From NCBI RefSeq assembly GCF_001194135.2, contig NC_068996.1:55751142-55815141 (forward strand): 64,000 nt of DNA, given 5' to 3'. This DNA is from Octopus bimaculoides (Eukaryota). The position numbers were made by a program, and so were the translations under genes. Every line of letters begins with the position of its first letter. Positions within the stretch are counted from its first letter, which is position 1. Below are positions 26,479 to 37,625 of this stretch, piece after piece. Under the pieces are notes generated by a model. It was not told the origin of the DNA. It searched no databases and was given only the letters and a program-made list of their open reading frames with translations.

Positions 26479-27455
26479 NNNNNNNNNNNNNNNNNNNNNN
26501 NNNNNNNNNNNNNNNNNNNNNNNNNNNNNNNNNNNNNNNNNNNNNNNNNNNNNNNNNNNNNNNNNNNNNNNNNNNNNNNNNNNNNNNNNNNNNNNNNNNN
26601 NNNNNNNNNNNNNNNNNNNNNNNNNNNNNNNNNNNNNNNNNNNNNNNNNNNNNNNNNNNNNNNNNNNNNNNNNNNNNNNNNNNNNNNNNNNNNNNNNNNN
26701 NNNNNNNNNNNNNNNNNNNNNNNNNNNNNNNNNNNNNNNNNNNNNNNNNNNNNNNNNNNNNNNNNNNNNNNNNNNNNNNNNNNNNNNNNNNNNNNNNNNN
26801 NNNNNNNNNNNNNNNNNNNNNNNNNNNNNNNNNNNNNNNNNNNNNNNNNNNNNNNNNNNNNNNNNNNNNNNNNNNNNNNNNNNNNNNNNNNNNNNNNNNN
26901 NNNNNNNNNNNNNNNNNNNNNNNNNNNNNNNNNNNNNNNNNNNNNNNNNNNNNNNNNNNNNNNNNNNNNNNNNNNNNNNNNNNNNNNNNNNNNNNNNNNN
27001 NNNNNNNNNNNNNNNNNNNNNNNNNNNNNNNNNNNNNNNNNNNNNNNNNNNNNNNNNNNNNNNNNNNNNNNNNNNNNNNNNNNNNNNNNNNNNNNNNNNN
27101 NNNNNNNNNNNNNNNNNNNNNNNNNNNNNNNNNNNNNNNNNNNNNNNNNNNNNNNNNNNNNNNNNNNNNNNNNNNNNNNNNNNNNNNNNNNNNNNNNNNN
27201 NNNNNNNNNNNNNNNNNNNNNNNNNNNNNNNNNNNNNNNNNNNNNNNNNNNNNNNNNNNNNNNNNNNNNNNNNNNNNNNNNNNNNNNNNNNNNNNNNNNN
27301 NNNNNNNNNNNNNNNNNNNNNNNNNNNNNNNNNNNNNNNNNNNNNNNNNNNNNNNNNNNNNNNNNNNNNNNNNNNNNNNNNNNNNNNNNNNNNNNNNNNN
27401 NNNNNNNNNNNNNNNNNNNNNNNNNNNNNNNNNNNNNNNNNNNNNNNNNNNNNNN

Positions 27456-27547
<92 letters not shown>

Positions 27548-28156
27548 CATTAAAAGTCAGCTTAAATCTTGCTTGCTTGCATGCAATGTTACCCAGTCAA
27601 ACTGGCGCATAATGGGAAAAGACTATGAATTAAGTACCCTTGAAATGTAAATACGACCGAAATAAAACAAATTTCGCGTAAATCAGACAAGTAGAGACAT
27701 TAGGGATTTTCGAGGTATAAATACCCACAACGGTGCATAATGGGTGCATAATCCTAAAAGGGAAGAAACTCTTAACTTTTGATTAGACACGGTGACTTGA
27801 CAACAAAGATATACGATTTGTTTTTTACAATAAATGTATCTATTTTCGCTTTTGTTAAACACAATATTTTAATCATTTAGAAATATTTTTAAGTGAATAT
27901 AATTTCAAAAATGTAAGTTGTTTGTGCAGTAGGTATTTATATTTTAGCTTTATTTATACAGACAATATTTTAATGTTTCTTAAAATTATTTTCACGTGAA
28001 TACCAGAACAAAATTTTTTGGCATATTTAAAAAACATTTTAAAGTGAAAATGACTTTAAAAATACGGCAAATATCTCGTAACCTCGGTATGAAATAATTT
28101 TTTGCATAGGTAGTTTTTTTTTAGTGCATTCAACGTATCTTGCTTTCAAAGGTTTG

Positions 28157-28256
28157 GCTGCTATTTCTAGCACACCCTGCTACCACGTAACAGCTATTTG
28201 CGATAAAGGACCCGAAATACCTCTTACGTGGTGCAAGGCGTGCAAGAAATAGCAGC
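28157..28256. repeat. Imperfect inverted repeat with ~34 bp arms
   Basis: gctgctatttctagcacaccctgctaccacgtaa vs the reverse complement of ttacgtggtgcaaggcgtgcaagaaatagcagc. Confidence 0.8.
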
Positions 28257-28279
28257 TATATGTATGTATGTATGTATGT

Positions 28280-28323
<44 letters not shown>

Positions 28324-28350
28324 ATAGCTATACATATACGCGCGCGCACG

Positions 28351-28393
<43 letters not shown>

Positions 28394-28449
28394 NNNNNNN
28401 NNNTAGATAGATAGATAGATAAATAGCTATACATATACGCGCGCGCACG

Positions 28450-28517
<68 letters not shown>

Positions 28518-28524
28518 TGTTTGT

Positions 28525-28735
28525 GTGTCTGTGTTTGTCCCATCCCCACCATCGCTTGACAACTGTTGCTGGTGGGTTTACGTCCCCGTAACTTAGCGGT
28601 TCGGCAAAAAGAGTCCGATGGAATAAGTACTAGGCTTACAAAGAATAAGTCCTGGGGCCGATTTTTTCGAATTAAAGGCGGTGCTCTAGCATGGCCACAG
28701 TCAAACGACTGAAACAAGTAAAAGAATGAAAGAAA
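28525..28735 (+). mobile_element. SINE family A, 3' half
   Basis: catcgcttgacaac...cgtccccgtaacttagcggttcggc...gactgaaacaagtaaaaga. Confidence 0.9.
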
Positions 28736-28747
28736 AGAATATTTATA

Positions 28748-29973
28748 CAGGGTGCGAGGAGTATTTGAGGGCATTTCGTTTTTAGTTCATTACACCTTTA
28801 AATTACTTAATGCGTCGTTGTTGTTTTATTTTGTTTGTTTTTTCAGATAACCATTTCAAGATATGATGCTAACTCAAGAAATGAAAAAAACATGCAGTCA
28901 TAGTTGTTATACAGGCAAACCACAGTGATTTAGAAATTAGTAACTTTCTAAATGTTGCAAGATCATTTGTACACAAAGCTCGGTTGGAATTGGAGACATG
29001 TGATGGTAATGTTTCATCTGTATCAAAGAGAAAAAAAAACATTCACAATGCTCAGACACTAAAAGGGCACCGGAATTTACATCACATGTTCAAAACATTA
29101 TCAATGAGGTCCGTTGTGAAAGAACTTGAGATATCAGAGTGGACTCCCAGAACTGTTGTATATCGTGATATTCGATACAAGTCATATGTAACGAGTAAAG
29201 GCCAGTTCGTGTCTGCAAAGATACAGGCAAACCATCTCATCAGTTCAAAGCGGTTATTTAACAAAGTGAAAAACCCTGATGAACAAGGCATGCTTTGGCT
29301 TTTCTCTGACGAAAAAACTTTGATCAGGATCAACAGTCTAACAGAAGAAATGACAGGGGGTTATGTGCAGATCCTTCTGAAGTACCCAGAATTTCCAGCA
29401 ACTTTAGTGGTATTAGGAGTGATGCCTCCCCACTTTTTCCCACAAGGTCTTAGAATTAATACTGCTAGATACATTGAGGTACTGGAAATTGTTATCAAGC
29501 CCTTTGATAAACTATGCAATGGAAGGTCATACGTGTTTCAACAAGACTCAGCAACTTCTCACAAAGGCTTAGTCACCCAAGAACGGTTGTCAGACAATAT
29601 TTACGATTATGTAACACCCTATATGTGGCCTCCAAACTAACCAGGTTTGAACCCCATAGACTACTACGTGTGGAGCGCTGTTAAAATGAACACTAATCGT
29701 CATCCTCATAATAACATAGCTTCACTGAAGGCCGCCATTGTCCAGGTGATGTCCGAAATGAATAAGATCCATATAGTGTCAGCATGTTAGCGGTTTCAGT
29801 CCCGCATTAAAGCGTCCTTCAAAGGCGAAGGCGGTTTCAGAGAATAATTTGCTTTAAAAAATCATTATCAAGACTAATTGCACAAATGTTTATTCAAATA
29901 AATATTTATTTATGCTGAAATATAGTTGTTTTATTGTATACCAAAACTGTCCTCAAACATCCCTCGGACCCTG
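28748..29973 (+). mobile_element. Near full-length DD37D (maT) transposon with TIRs and TA target duplication
   Basis: TA|cagggtgcgaggagtatttgagg ... cctcaaacatccctcggaccctg|TA. Transposase MMLTQEMKK...WLFSDEK...FQQD-x37-DYYVW (37 residues counted), with an in-frame stop and frameshifts. Confidence 0.93.
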
Positions 29974-30606
29974 TATATAAATACATACGTATGTATGCAT
30001 GTGTATGTGTGTGTGTGTATTTGTGTGTATTTGTGTATGTGTGTAGATGTGTGTATTTGTGCATATATATTTATGAACAGTATGTATGACAACTAAATGT
30101 GTATGTTTGTGACCTCATTAGTGAATAGACTTCCTGGCAGATACCTCCATCATTAACACAATGTTATGGAATTATTTCATACTAAAATGACCACTCCAAA
30201 AAATTCCATTTCTTCACTCTTGATTTACGTAGTTCTCCTTCCCCACGGCATTTTTGTGTGTGTGCATGTATGAATATATTTGAATGAATACATGTATATA
30301 CGTGTTTGTGTTTCCCTGCATGTATGTATGTGTAAGGTCCTATGGTTTTTTGTGTGTACGTGTGTATGTGTGTATATANNNNNNNNNNNNNNNNNNNNNN
30401 NNNNNNNNNNNNNNNNNNNNNNNNNNNNNNNNNNNNNNNNNNNNNNNNNNNNNNNNNNNNNNNNNNNNNNNNNNNNNNNNNNNNNNNNNNNNNNNNNNNN
30501 NNNNNNNNNNNNNNNNNNNNNNNNNNNNNNNNNNNNNNNNNNNNNNNNNNNNNNNNNNNNNNNNNNNNNNNNNNNNNNNNNNNNNNNNNNNNNNNNNNNN
30601 NNNNNN

Positions 30607-30770
30607 TTAAACAGTGAATAATAAACTCTAAAATATCAGTTTGAAGCCCACTTTTCAGCGAGTAACTCCTATCAGAGTCACCTTTTGTAAACTTATAAAC
30701 ATCTAATTATTAAACTGGAAAAATTATCAGAAAAGCCATTCTATTCATCTTGTCAAACGCACACAAACAC
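30607..30770 (-). repeat. Right copy of the inverted repeat (partner 21833-21996)
   Basis: Begins immediately after an N-gap; reverse complement of the left copy. Confidence 0.95.
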
Positions 30771-30798
30771 AAAAACACTCACACGCGCACACACACAC

Positions 30799-30836
<38 letters not shown>

Positions 30837-30893
30837 ACACATGCATGCATACATACATACATACATACATACATGTATATATATACTGAAAAC

Positions 30894-30957
30894 GGGGAAG
30901 GACGGTTTATGGGATTGGACGGGAAACCTAAGGTAATCCCATAAACCGGCTTTCCCC
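30894..30957. other. Hairpin with 23-bp stem and 18-nt loop (pre-miRNA-like geometry)
   Basis: GGGGAAGGACGGUUUAUGGGAUU pairs with AAUCCCAUAAACCGGCUUUCCCC (1 mismatch, 1 GU). Confidence 0.6.
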
Positions 30958-31243
30958 ATTTAATATATATATATACTGCTCTACATCATAGATTGTGCTT
31001 CTTTTGCACTTATGTTTTCTACAAACGATATATATACACACATACACACACGCACATATACATATGTGTATGTACTCAGCTACGCCATTGCCGTCACCGG
31101 AAAATACAAAAGCATACCCTTTAGTATACGTATTTAATAACATTTATTACAATAGAGCTGCTTTTACTTCATATACATGTGTGTGTGTGCGTGCATGTGT
31201 ATATACGCATACACACATACACCTATATGTATATATGTATATG

Positions 31244-31277
<34 letters not shown>

Positions 31278-31447
31278 TATAGATATACATATGTATATAT
31301 ATATACGTATATATATCTATACACATATATGTAAGTATATGTGTATATATGTGTGTATATATATATATATATATGTAAGTATATGTATATATATATAATT
31401 ATATATGTGTATATATATGTATATATATATATGTATATATATATATG

Positions 31448-31487
<40 letters not shown>

Positions 31488-31693
31488 CAGTATTTTATAT
31501 CCATCACGGCTGATCTTACCAATTGGTTTTGCGCTAGGCGATACAACGGAATGTTAGGTAACAATCCAATTGTATAACCCTACGCTCATGAAAGGTGGCC
31601 GATATGGAATGAAATATACCCACATTATTGACAGTGTATATGTATATATCTGTATAAATATTTATATGTGTATATAATTATATATATACATCC

Positions 31694-31735
<42 letters not shown>

Positions 31736-31748
31736 TTATCTATCTATC

Positions 31749-31785
<37 letters not shown>

Positions 31786-31849
31786 GGGGGGTGAGAGATA
31801 TGGCATATTCTTTTAAGAATATAAAACTCGTCTAACTTCAGATTTCACC

Positions 31850-32560
31850 TTGTACTATCTACTAGTATTATATGTTCTTCCAGGTGTGCGCTTGGGTATC
31901 TGCCATGTGCGTATAGATAACTGAAAAAATTGGAGTCAACAAGGAGTACGTTTGGACATCTATATTCAATCACTACAGTTGTTTCTACGCAATGTTGTTT
32001 TCCAGGTTTGCAGGTACTTGATAATGTAACCACTTCCCTGCATTATGAGATCTAGTTGAGTTTCTTCAGGCGATATGTAAATATTGTCGCTCTACTTGCG
32101 GAGATAAGTTAGGAGACAAGTTAAGGACGGCATAAAGACACAGAAACCTTTGCTTCGGATCGAGCTGGATGGCGAACGCTGGAGTGAAAGCATTTGAGTT
32201 GGCCAGAATGACGCATGCAAGACTCAAGAGAGATTTAAGAAAGAATGTTACGATCGAGAAGGTCAATGACGATGATCCCTTTTTGTGTGCACAGTTTGTG
32301 ACGGACCGTGCCTGTCTTTTGCTGGGCTCAAATCTCTTTAGCGAACCCATGGAAAACGAACCTCCACCAACTCTTCTGCCTATATGTCTGTGCACACCTT
32401 TCAATGCATTATATGCCAGAAGGTTTGCAAATCTAACGGAGGTTTCAAAAGACATCTTATGACACACAAATATCAACTCCAACTTTTGGTGGTCCACATC
32501 GGATATGCAATCTATGTGGGTGTATTTTCAGAACATTGACTGCGGTGTAGGTACAGGAGA
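31850..32560 (+). mobile_element. RTE (BovB-like) LINE 3' relic with tandem C2H2 zinc fingers
   Basis: ETFASDRAGWRTL...AGVKAFELAR...LKRDLRK, then CTVCDGPCLSFAGLKSL*RTH, CIICQKVCKSNGGFKRHLMTH and CNLCGCIF. The 5' boundary is uncertain. Confidence 0.75.
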
Positions 32561-32628
32561 TGGTCAAACTCTGCATAAGGAGTAGATAACCACAAAGTAT
32601 ACATACATATATATATATATATATATCA

Positions 32629-32681
<53 letters not shown>

Positions 32682-32923
32682 TATATGTACATGTATATAT
32701 GTGTATATATATGTATGTATATATGTGTGTGCCTATATATATGTATATGTATATACGTATGTATATGCGTATGCATATAATATATATACAATATACATAC
32801 ATATATATATGTATGTACGTATATTGTATAAAGGATCGTAGGTAAGATGAGAACAATGCGAAATAAATCCAAAGCAAATCCAAAAAAAAAACAAAAATAT
32901 GAATTAATGTAGATTTACCTTGC

Positions 32924-32961
32924 ATTCAATATTTCGAGGTTATGATCCCCTCCTCAGGAAA
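32924..32961 (-). ncRNA. Minimal hammerhead ribozyme motif (minus polarity)
   Basis: UUC-CUGAGGA-GGGG(AUCAUAA)CCUC-GAAA-UA-UU-GAA. Confidence 0.62.
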
Positions 32962-33024
32962 TTAATGGATGTTGCGTGTGTGTCACACACACTCATACAC
33001 ATGCACAGCTGCAACATACGTTAA

Positions 33025-33062
33025 ATTCCTGAGGATGGGATCATAACCCCGAAATATTGAAT
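33025..33062 (+). ncRNA. Minimal hammerhead ribozyme motif (plus polarity)
   Basis: AUUC-CUGAGGA-UGGG(AUCAUAA)CCCC-GAAA-UA-UU-GAAU; 4-bp helix I, AUAU palindromic helix III. Confidence 0.6.
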
Positions 33063-33205
33063 GGAAGGTAAGTCTACATTAATTCATATATTTGCTTTCT
33101 TGGTGTTTACCTTGCATTTACTTCGCATTGGCATTGTTCTGGCCTTACCCTCGATAGGGTAATATATACAATATATTATACACAATGCTTCCCAGTAACT
33201 ATTCC

Positions 33206-33248
<43 letters not shown>

Positions 33249-33399
33249 CATATGTATGTACATATATATATAACAAACCGACTCCAGTTGTCAAGTAGTG
33301 AGGAGGGGGAAGAACACAAACACAGGGACATACACGCATGGGTAAATACATGCATACATACATACATACATACATGCATACATGCATACATACATACAT

Positions 33400-33640
33400 A
33401 TGACTTGCTAGACAAACTTGACTTTCCTGACTATGTCTGACCATCGAGAATGTTATATCCTTCCGGCCATGGAAGACACACTCCCACCGCAATATAGAAG
33501 CTCTTTTCTGATATAATACACGAAGGACCTAACAACATATAAGAAGGTGGTAATCTCAAAATCACTGTGGTTGGTGGATAAGGCGATGAGAACAGCAGGC
33601 CTCTTCAGTGTCTGCATTGGATTTGAAGTATCTATGTTGG
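33400..33640 (-). mobile_element. DD37D transposase N-terminal fragment
   Basis: LKRPAVLIALSTNHSDFEITTFLYVVRSFVYYIRKELL; homologous to 48880-49080 and to the 28748 element N-terminus. Confidence 0.75.
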
Positions 33641-34074
33641 NNNNNNNNNNNNNNNNNNNNNNNNNNNNNNNNNNNNNNNNNNNNNNNNNNNNNNNNNNNN
33701 NNNNNNNNNNNNNNNNNNNNNNNNNNNNNNNNNNNNNNNNNNNNNNNNNNNNNNNNNNNNNNNNNNNNNNNNNNNNNNNNNNNNNNNNNNNNNNNNNNNN
33801 NNNNNNNNNNNNNNNNNNNNNNNNNNNNNNNNNNNNNNNNNNNNNNNNNNNNNNNNNNNNNNNNNNNNNNNNNNNNNNNNNNNNNNNNNNNNNNNNNNNN
33901 NNNNNNNNNNNNNNNNNNNNNNNNNNNNNNNNNNNNNNNNNNNNNNNNNNNNNNNNNNNNNNNNNNNNNNNNNNNNNNNNNNNNNNNNNNNNNNNNNNNN
34001 NNNNNNNNNNNNNNNNNNNNNNNNNNNGCACTCCACAATACGTTGCTTCCGCCGTCTTCACCTCCATTGACTAC

Positions 34075-34252
34075 TTACTACTTGACAACTGGAGTTGGTT
34101 TGTTTACGTCCCTTCAGCGTAAGAGACCGATAAAAAACAAAATAGCAGGCTTTAATAAATAAGTAGCCGGGCCGAATGGATCGTCTAAACCCCTTCAAGG
34201 TGATGTTCCAACACGGCTTCCGTCTAATGACTGGAACAAGTAAAAGGGTAAA

Positions 34253-34255
<3 letters not shown>
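34075..34255 (+). mobile_element. SINE family A, 3' half
   Basis: cttgacaactggagttggtttgtttacgtccc...ctaatgactggaacaagtaaaag. Confidence 0.75.
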
Positions 34256-34300
<45 letters not shown>

Positions 34301-34814
34301 TAGTGGTATGCGCACGCGCACACGCACCCATGTGTTTGTAGGTAGGTAGCAACAGACCCGGTACAGTTGCTGCCTTTTAGCTCCACCCCTTAGTGGGTGA
34401 GTGTGTGGGTGAGTATGTACGTCTGTATGATATACTTGTAAAAACCAGATAGAACTTTATCAGACTGGTTGTCTCATATAAAACACTGAAATATCCTGAT
34501 ATCCTTTACCAATTTCACTACCATAAACCACCGAACGTTGCCCTTTCTTCTTCCCCACGTCTCTCTATCTCAATAGATCTTTCGTTCTATCTCTTTGACT
34601 CCCACCTCTCTCTCTCTCTCTTTGTCTCTCGCTCTCTCTTTCTAACTGTTTGCTTCTCTGTTTGTCACTATTTCACTGTTGTTCTCTCAGTTTACTTCTC
34701 TCTCAGTCTCTCTCTCCCTCCCCCTCTCTCTCTCCTTCCCCCTCTCTCTCTCCTTCCCCCTCTCTCTCTCCATGTACAATCACCTCCATTTACACGCACA
34801 TGCTCACATATACA

Positions 34815-35010
34815 TAACTTGCTTCAGTCATTTGGGCTGTGACCATTCTGGGGCACTGCCTTGAAGGTTTTGGTGGAAGAAATCGACCTAATTAATTATT
34901 TAAAACCCGGTATTCATTCTATATTGGTCCCTCTGCTGAATCGCTAAGTTTCGAAACCGACACCGATTGTTAGGGGAGGGACAATCGCAAGCACAATGGT
35001 TCCCCAACAC
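34815..35010 (-). mobile_element. SINE family A, 3' half (diverged)
   Basis: Reverse complement of the 3' half (gcttcagtcatttgggctgtgaccattctggggcactgcc...). Confidence 0.7.
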
Positions 35011-35059
35011 ACATGCATATACATATGTATGTGTGTATTGTCATTTTTGCCGGCATAGT

Positions 35060-35176
35060 AGACTGTAGCAACGTGAAGTGAAGTGTTTTGCTCAAGAACA
35101 CAACACGTCACCCGATCCAGGAATTGAAACCACAATCTTACGATCCAACACACTAACCACTAAGCCATGTGTTCTC
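35060..35176 (-). mobile_element. SINE family B head
   Basis: Reverse complement of the tRNA-like head plus gtgttgtgttcttgagcaaaacacttcac. Confidence 0.8.
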
Positions 35177-35291
35177 TATATACCCCACAAAAACATACAC
35201 ATACGCACACATACAAACATACATACATACATATATACATACACACACACACATCATACATACATACACACACATACTTACATACATACAC

Positions 35292-35368
<77 letters not shown>

Positions 35369-35372
<4 letters not shown>

Positions 35373-35462
35373 AAATTTACAGCAAAGCAAAAGACGAAGG
35401 CAGGTGTATGAACAACAAGAAGGTGTATTAGTTTGACGTTGAGGAAAGTGAGAAAGTCTTTT
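35369..35462 (-). mobile_element. PLE-type tail fragment
   Basis: aaaagactttctcactttcctcaacgtcaaactaatacac... is related to 55628-55733(-), which retains cgaaacgtcaaagac (3' half of a hammerhead core). Confidence 0.5.
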
Positions 35463-36009
35463 NNNNNNNNNNNNNNNNNNNNNNNNNNNNNNNNNNNNNN
35501 NNNNNNNNNNNNNNNNNNNNNNNNNNNNNNNNNNNNNNNNNNNNNNNNNNNNNNNNNNNNNNNNNNNNNNNNNNNNNNNNNNNNNNNNNNNNNNNNNNNN
35601 NNNNNNNNNNNNNNNNNNNNNNNNNNNNNNNNNNNNNNNNNNNNNNNNNNNNNNNNNNNNNNNNNNNNNNNNNNNNNNNNNNNNNNNNNNNNNNNNNNNN
35701 NNNNNNNNNNNNNNNNNNNNNNNNNNNNNNNNNNNNNNNNNNNNNNNNNNNNNNNNNNNNNNNNNNNNNNNNNNNNNNNNNNNNNNNNNNNNNNNNNNNN
35801 NNNNNNNNNNNNNNNNNNNNNNNNNNNNNNNNNNNNNNNNNNNNNNNNNNNNNNNNNNNNNNNNNNNNNNNNNNNNNNNNNNNNNNNNNNNNNNNNNNNN
35901 NNNNNNNNNNNNNNNNNNNNNNNNNNNNNNNNNNNNNNNNNNNNNNNNNNNNNNNNNNNNNNNNNNNNNNNNNNNNNNNNNNNNNNNNNNNNNNNNNNNN
36001 NNNNNNNNN

Positions 36010-36050
<41 letters not shown>

Positions 36051-36052
<2 letters not shown>

Positions 36053-36264
36053 AGGCACATGGCTTAGTGGTTAGGGCATTCGACTCACGATTGTAAGGTC
36101 ATGAGCTCAATTGCCGGCTACGTGTTGTGTCCTTGAGCAAGACACTTTATTCCACATTGCTCCAGTCCACTCAGCTAGCAGAAATGAATAGTACCTGTAT
36201 TTCAAAAGGACTAGCCTTGTCACATTGTGTCGTGCTGAATCTCCCCGAGAACTATGTTAAGTGT
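36051..36264 (+). mobile_element. tRNA-derived SINE family B (5' part, cut by gap)
   Basis: gaaggcacatggcttagtggttagggcattcgactcacg... head, then gtgtccttgagcaagacacttt...tgctccagtccactcagct core. Confidence 0.88.
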
Positions 36265-36502
36265 TNNNNNNNNNNNNNNNNNNNNNNNNNNNNNNNNNNN
36301 NNNNNNNNNNNNNNNNNNNNNNNNNNNNNNNNNNNNNNNNNNNNNNNNNNNNNNNNNNNNNNNNNNNNNNNNNNNNNNNNNNNNNNNNNNNNNNNNNNNN
36401 NNNNNNNNNNNNNNNNNNNNNNNNNNNNNNNNNNNNNNNNNNNNNNNNNNNNNNNNNNNNNNNNNNNNNNNNNNNNNNNNNNNNNNNNNNNNNNNNNNNN
36501 NN

Positions 36503-36543
<41 letters not shown>

Positions 36544-36625
36544 CGTGTGTAGGTGGGTGGGTGGGTGTATTTTCATATGTATGTATGTATGTGTGTGTGT
36601 GTATTCTTATATAAAAATGTTATGG

Positions 36626-36670
36626 ACAATGACTTCGAAGTTTCGGCCAGCTAAGCTATCGTCGGACTGC
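36626..36670 (-). ncRNA. Decayed hammerhead motif
   Basis: GCAGU-CCGACGA(U4>C)-UAGCUUAGCUGGCC-GAAA-CUUCGAAG-UC-AUUGU; its 3' half is duplicated in inverted orientation at 36680-36699. Confidence 0.45.
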
Positions 36671-37019
36671 GGTTCATTAGAAACTTCGAAGTCACTGTCA
36701 ACAACATTCTTATATAAGAATAACAAATTTACGTTTAACAAGATTCTTGATGTGAAATCGTATGTGGAAACAGATATTGTCATACTTCGGGACTGTCTCA
36801 TTTGCCAATTAAACACGCCCTATATATTTGGTCCTCAGTGAAGTTAAAGCCTGCTGACGTCAACGTTGACATTTAAATAGCGGTCGATATAGAGATGTAA
36901 TTTCACTGAAGCCGTCATCTTCAAATTCCTTTGTTAACAAAGAAACTTAGTTTTTACCTCATAAGATTTGATGAAGTAATGTGGGGGCGTTCATGTGTTA
37001 ATATGTGTGAGTTATATAT

Positions 37020-37625
37020 CTTTATTAAGAAACATTTCTCATGACCCCAACAGACAAAATGGGGAAAAGCCTTAACTCGGGGAATGGTGAGAGAGACGTG
37101 CTGGAACAGCCACTCTGACTCCTTGTGGACATCAATCTCCGCCCCGATAGCGGTAGGAAGGGATATGATCCGGGGTTCGAGAACGCTGGAGGTTTCCACT
37201 GCCACAGGCTCCACGATGAGCGACCAATACCTTTCACATCTTGCTTTTCTCAGCCTGGCGAGTAGCAGGGCCAGGGCTAGTAACTGACCGCACCAAGTTG
37301 CTGCTAGAGAAGGTGATATCTTAAATGAGGGGGCCTACCGCTACGGAACGGGGAAATTGGTATATCATCCGGCCCTTTACCGTCACCTTGGTCTAACCCA
37401 GCAGGCTTAAGCTGGGAAGAGAAGCCTGCAGCGTCTCGGCCACGCTTTATGATATTGTTAAGTGCGGCGTGGTGTAGAAGGCGACCAGCACTATGACGGC
37501 ATCTCAGTGAGTGAAGGTCGAAAGTATTCACAGTGGACCTGCAGCGGCATTCATGAGGCTCACAGATCTGGAGACCAAACCTCGGGAAACGCCGATGCGC
37601 GTGTCCTGTTTAAAATCTTTCGTCA
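37020..37625 (-). mobile_element. CRE-clade non-LTR retrotransposon 3' relic (zinc knuckle + restriction-like endonuclease)
   Basis: RFGLQICEPHECRCRSTVNTFDLHSLRCRHSAGRLLHHAALNNIIKR...AAGFSSQLKPAGLDQGDGKGPD...DIT...RQAEKSK..Y...PVAVETS...ESEWLFQHVSLTI. Confidence 0.82.

Larger units (their letters stand above)
32893..33093. repeat. Fold-back with ~90 bp arms, each containing a hammerhead motif
   Basis: gaattaatgtagatttaccttgcattcaatatttcgaggttatgatcccctcctcaggaaattaa vs the reverse complement of 33021-33093; centre is atgttgc..(GT)/(CA)..gcaacat. Confidence 0.9.

Noticed and set aside
28300-28510. Apparent ~90 bp direct duplication on either side of a 10-N gap
   Set aside because: Identical sequence flanking a minimal placeholder gap is the usual signature of unmerged contig overlap.
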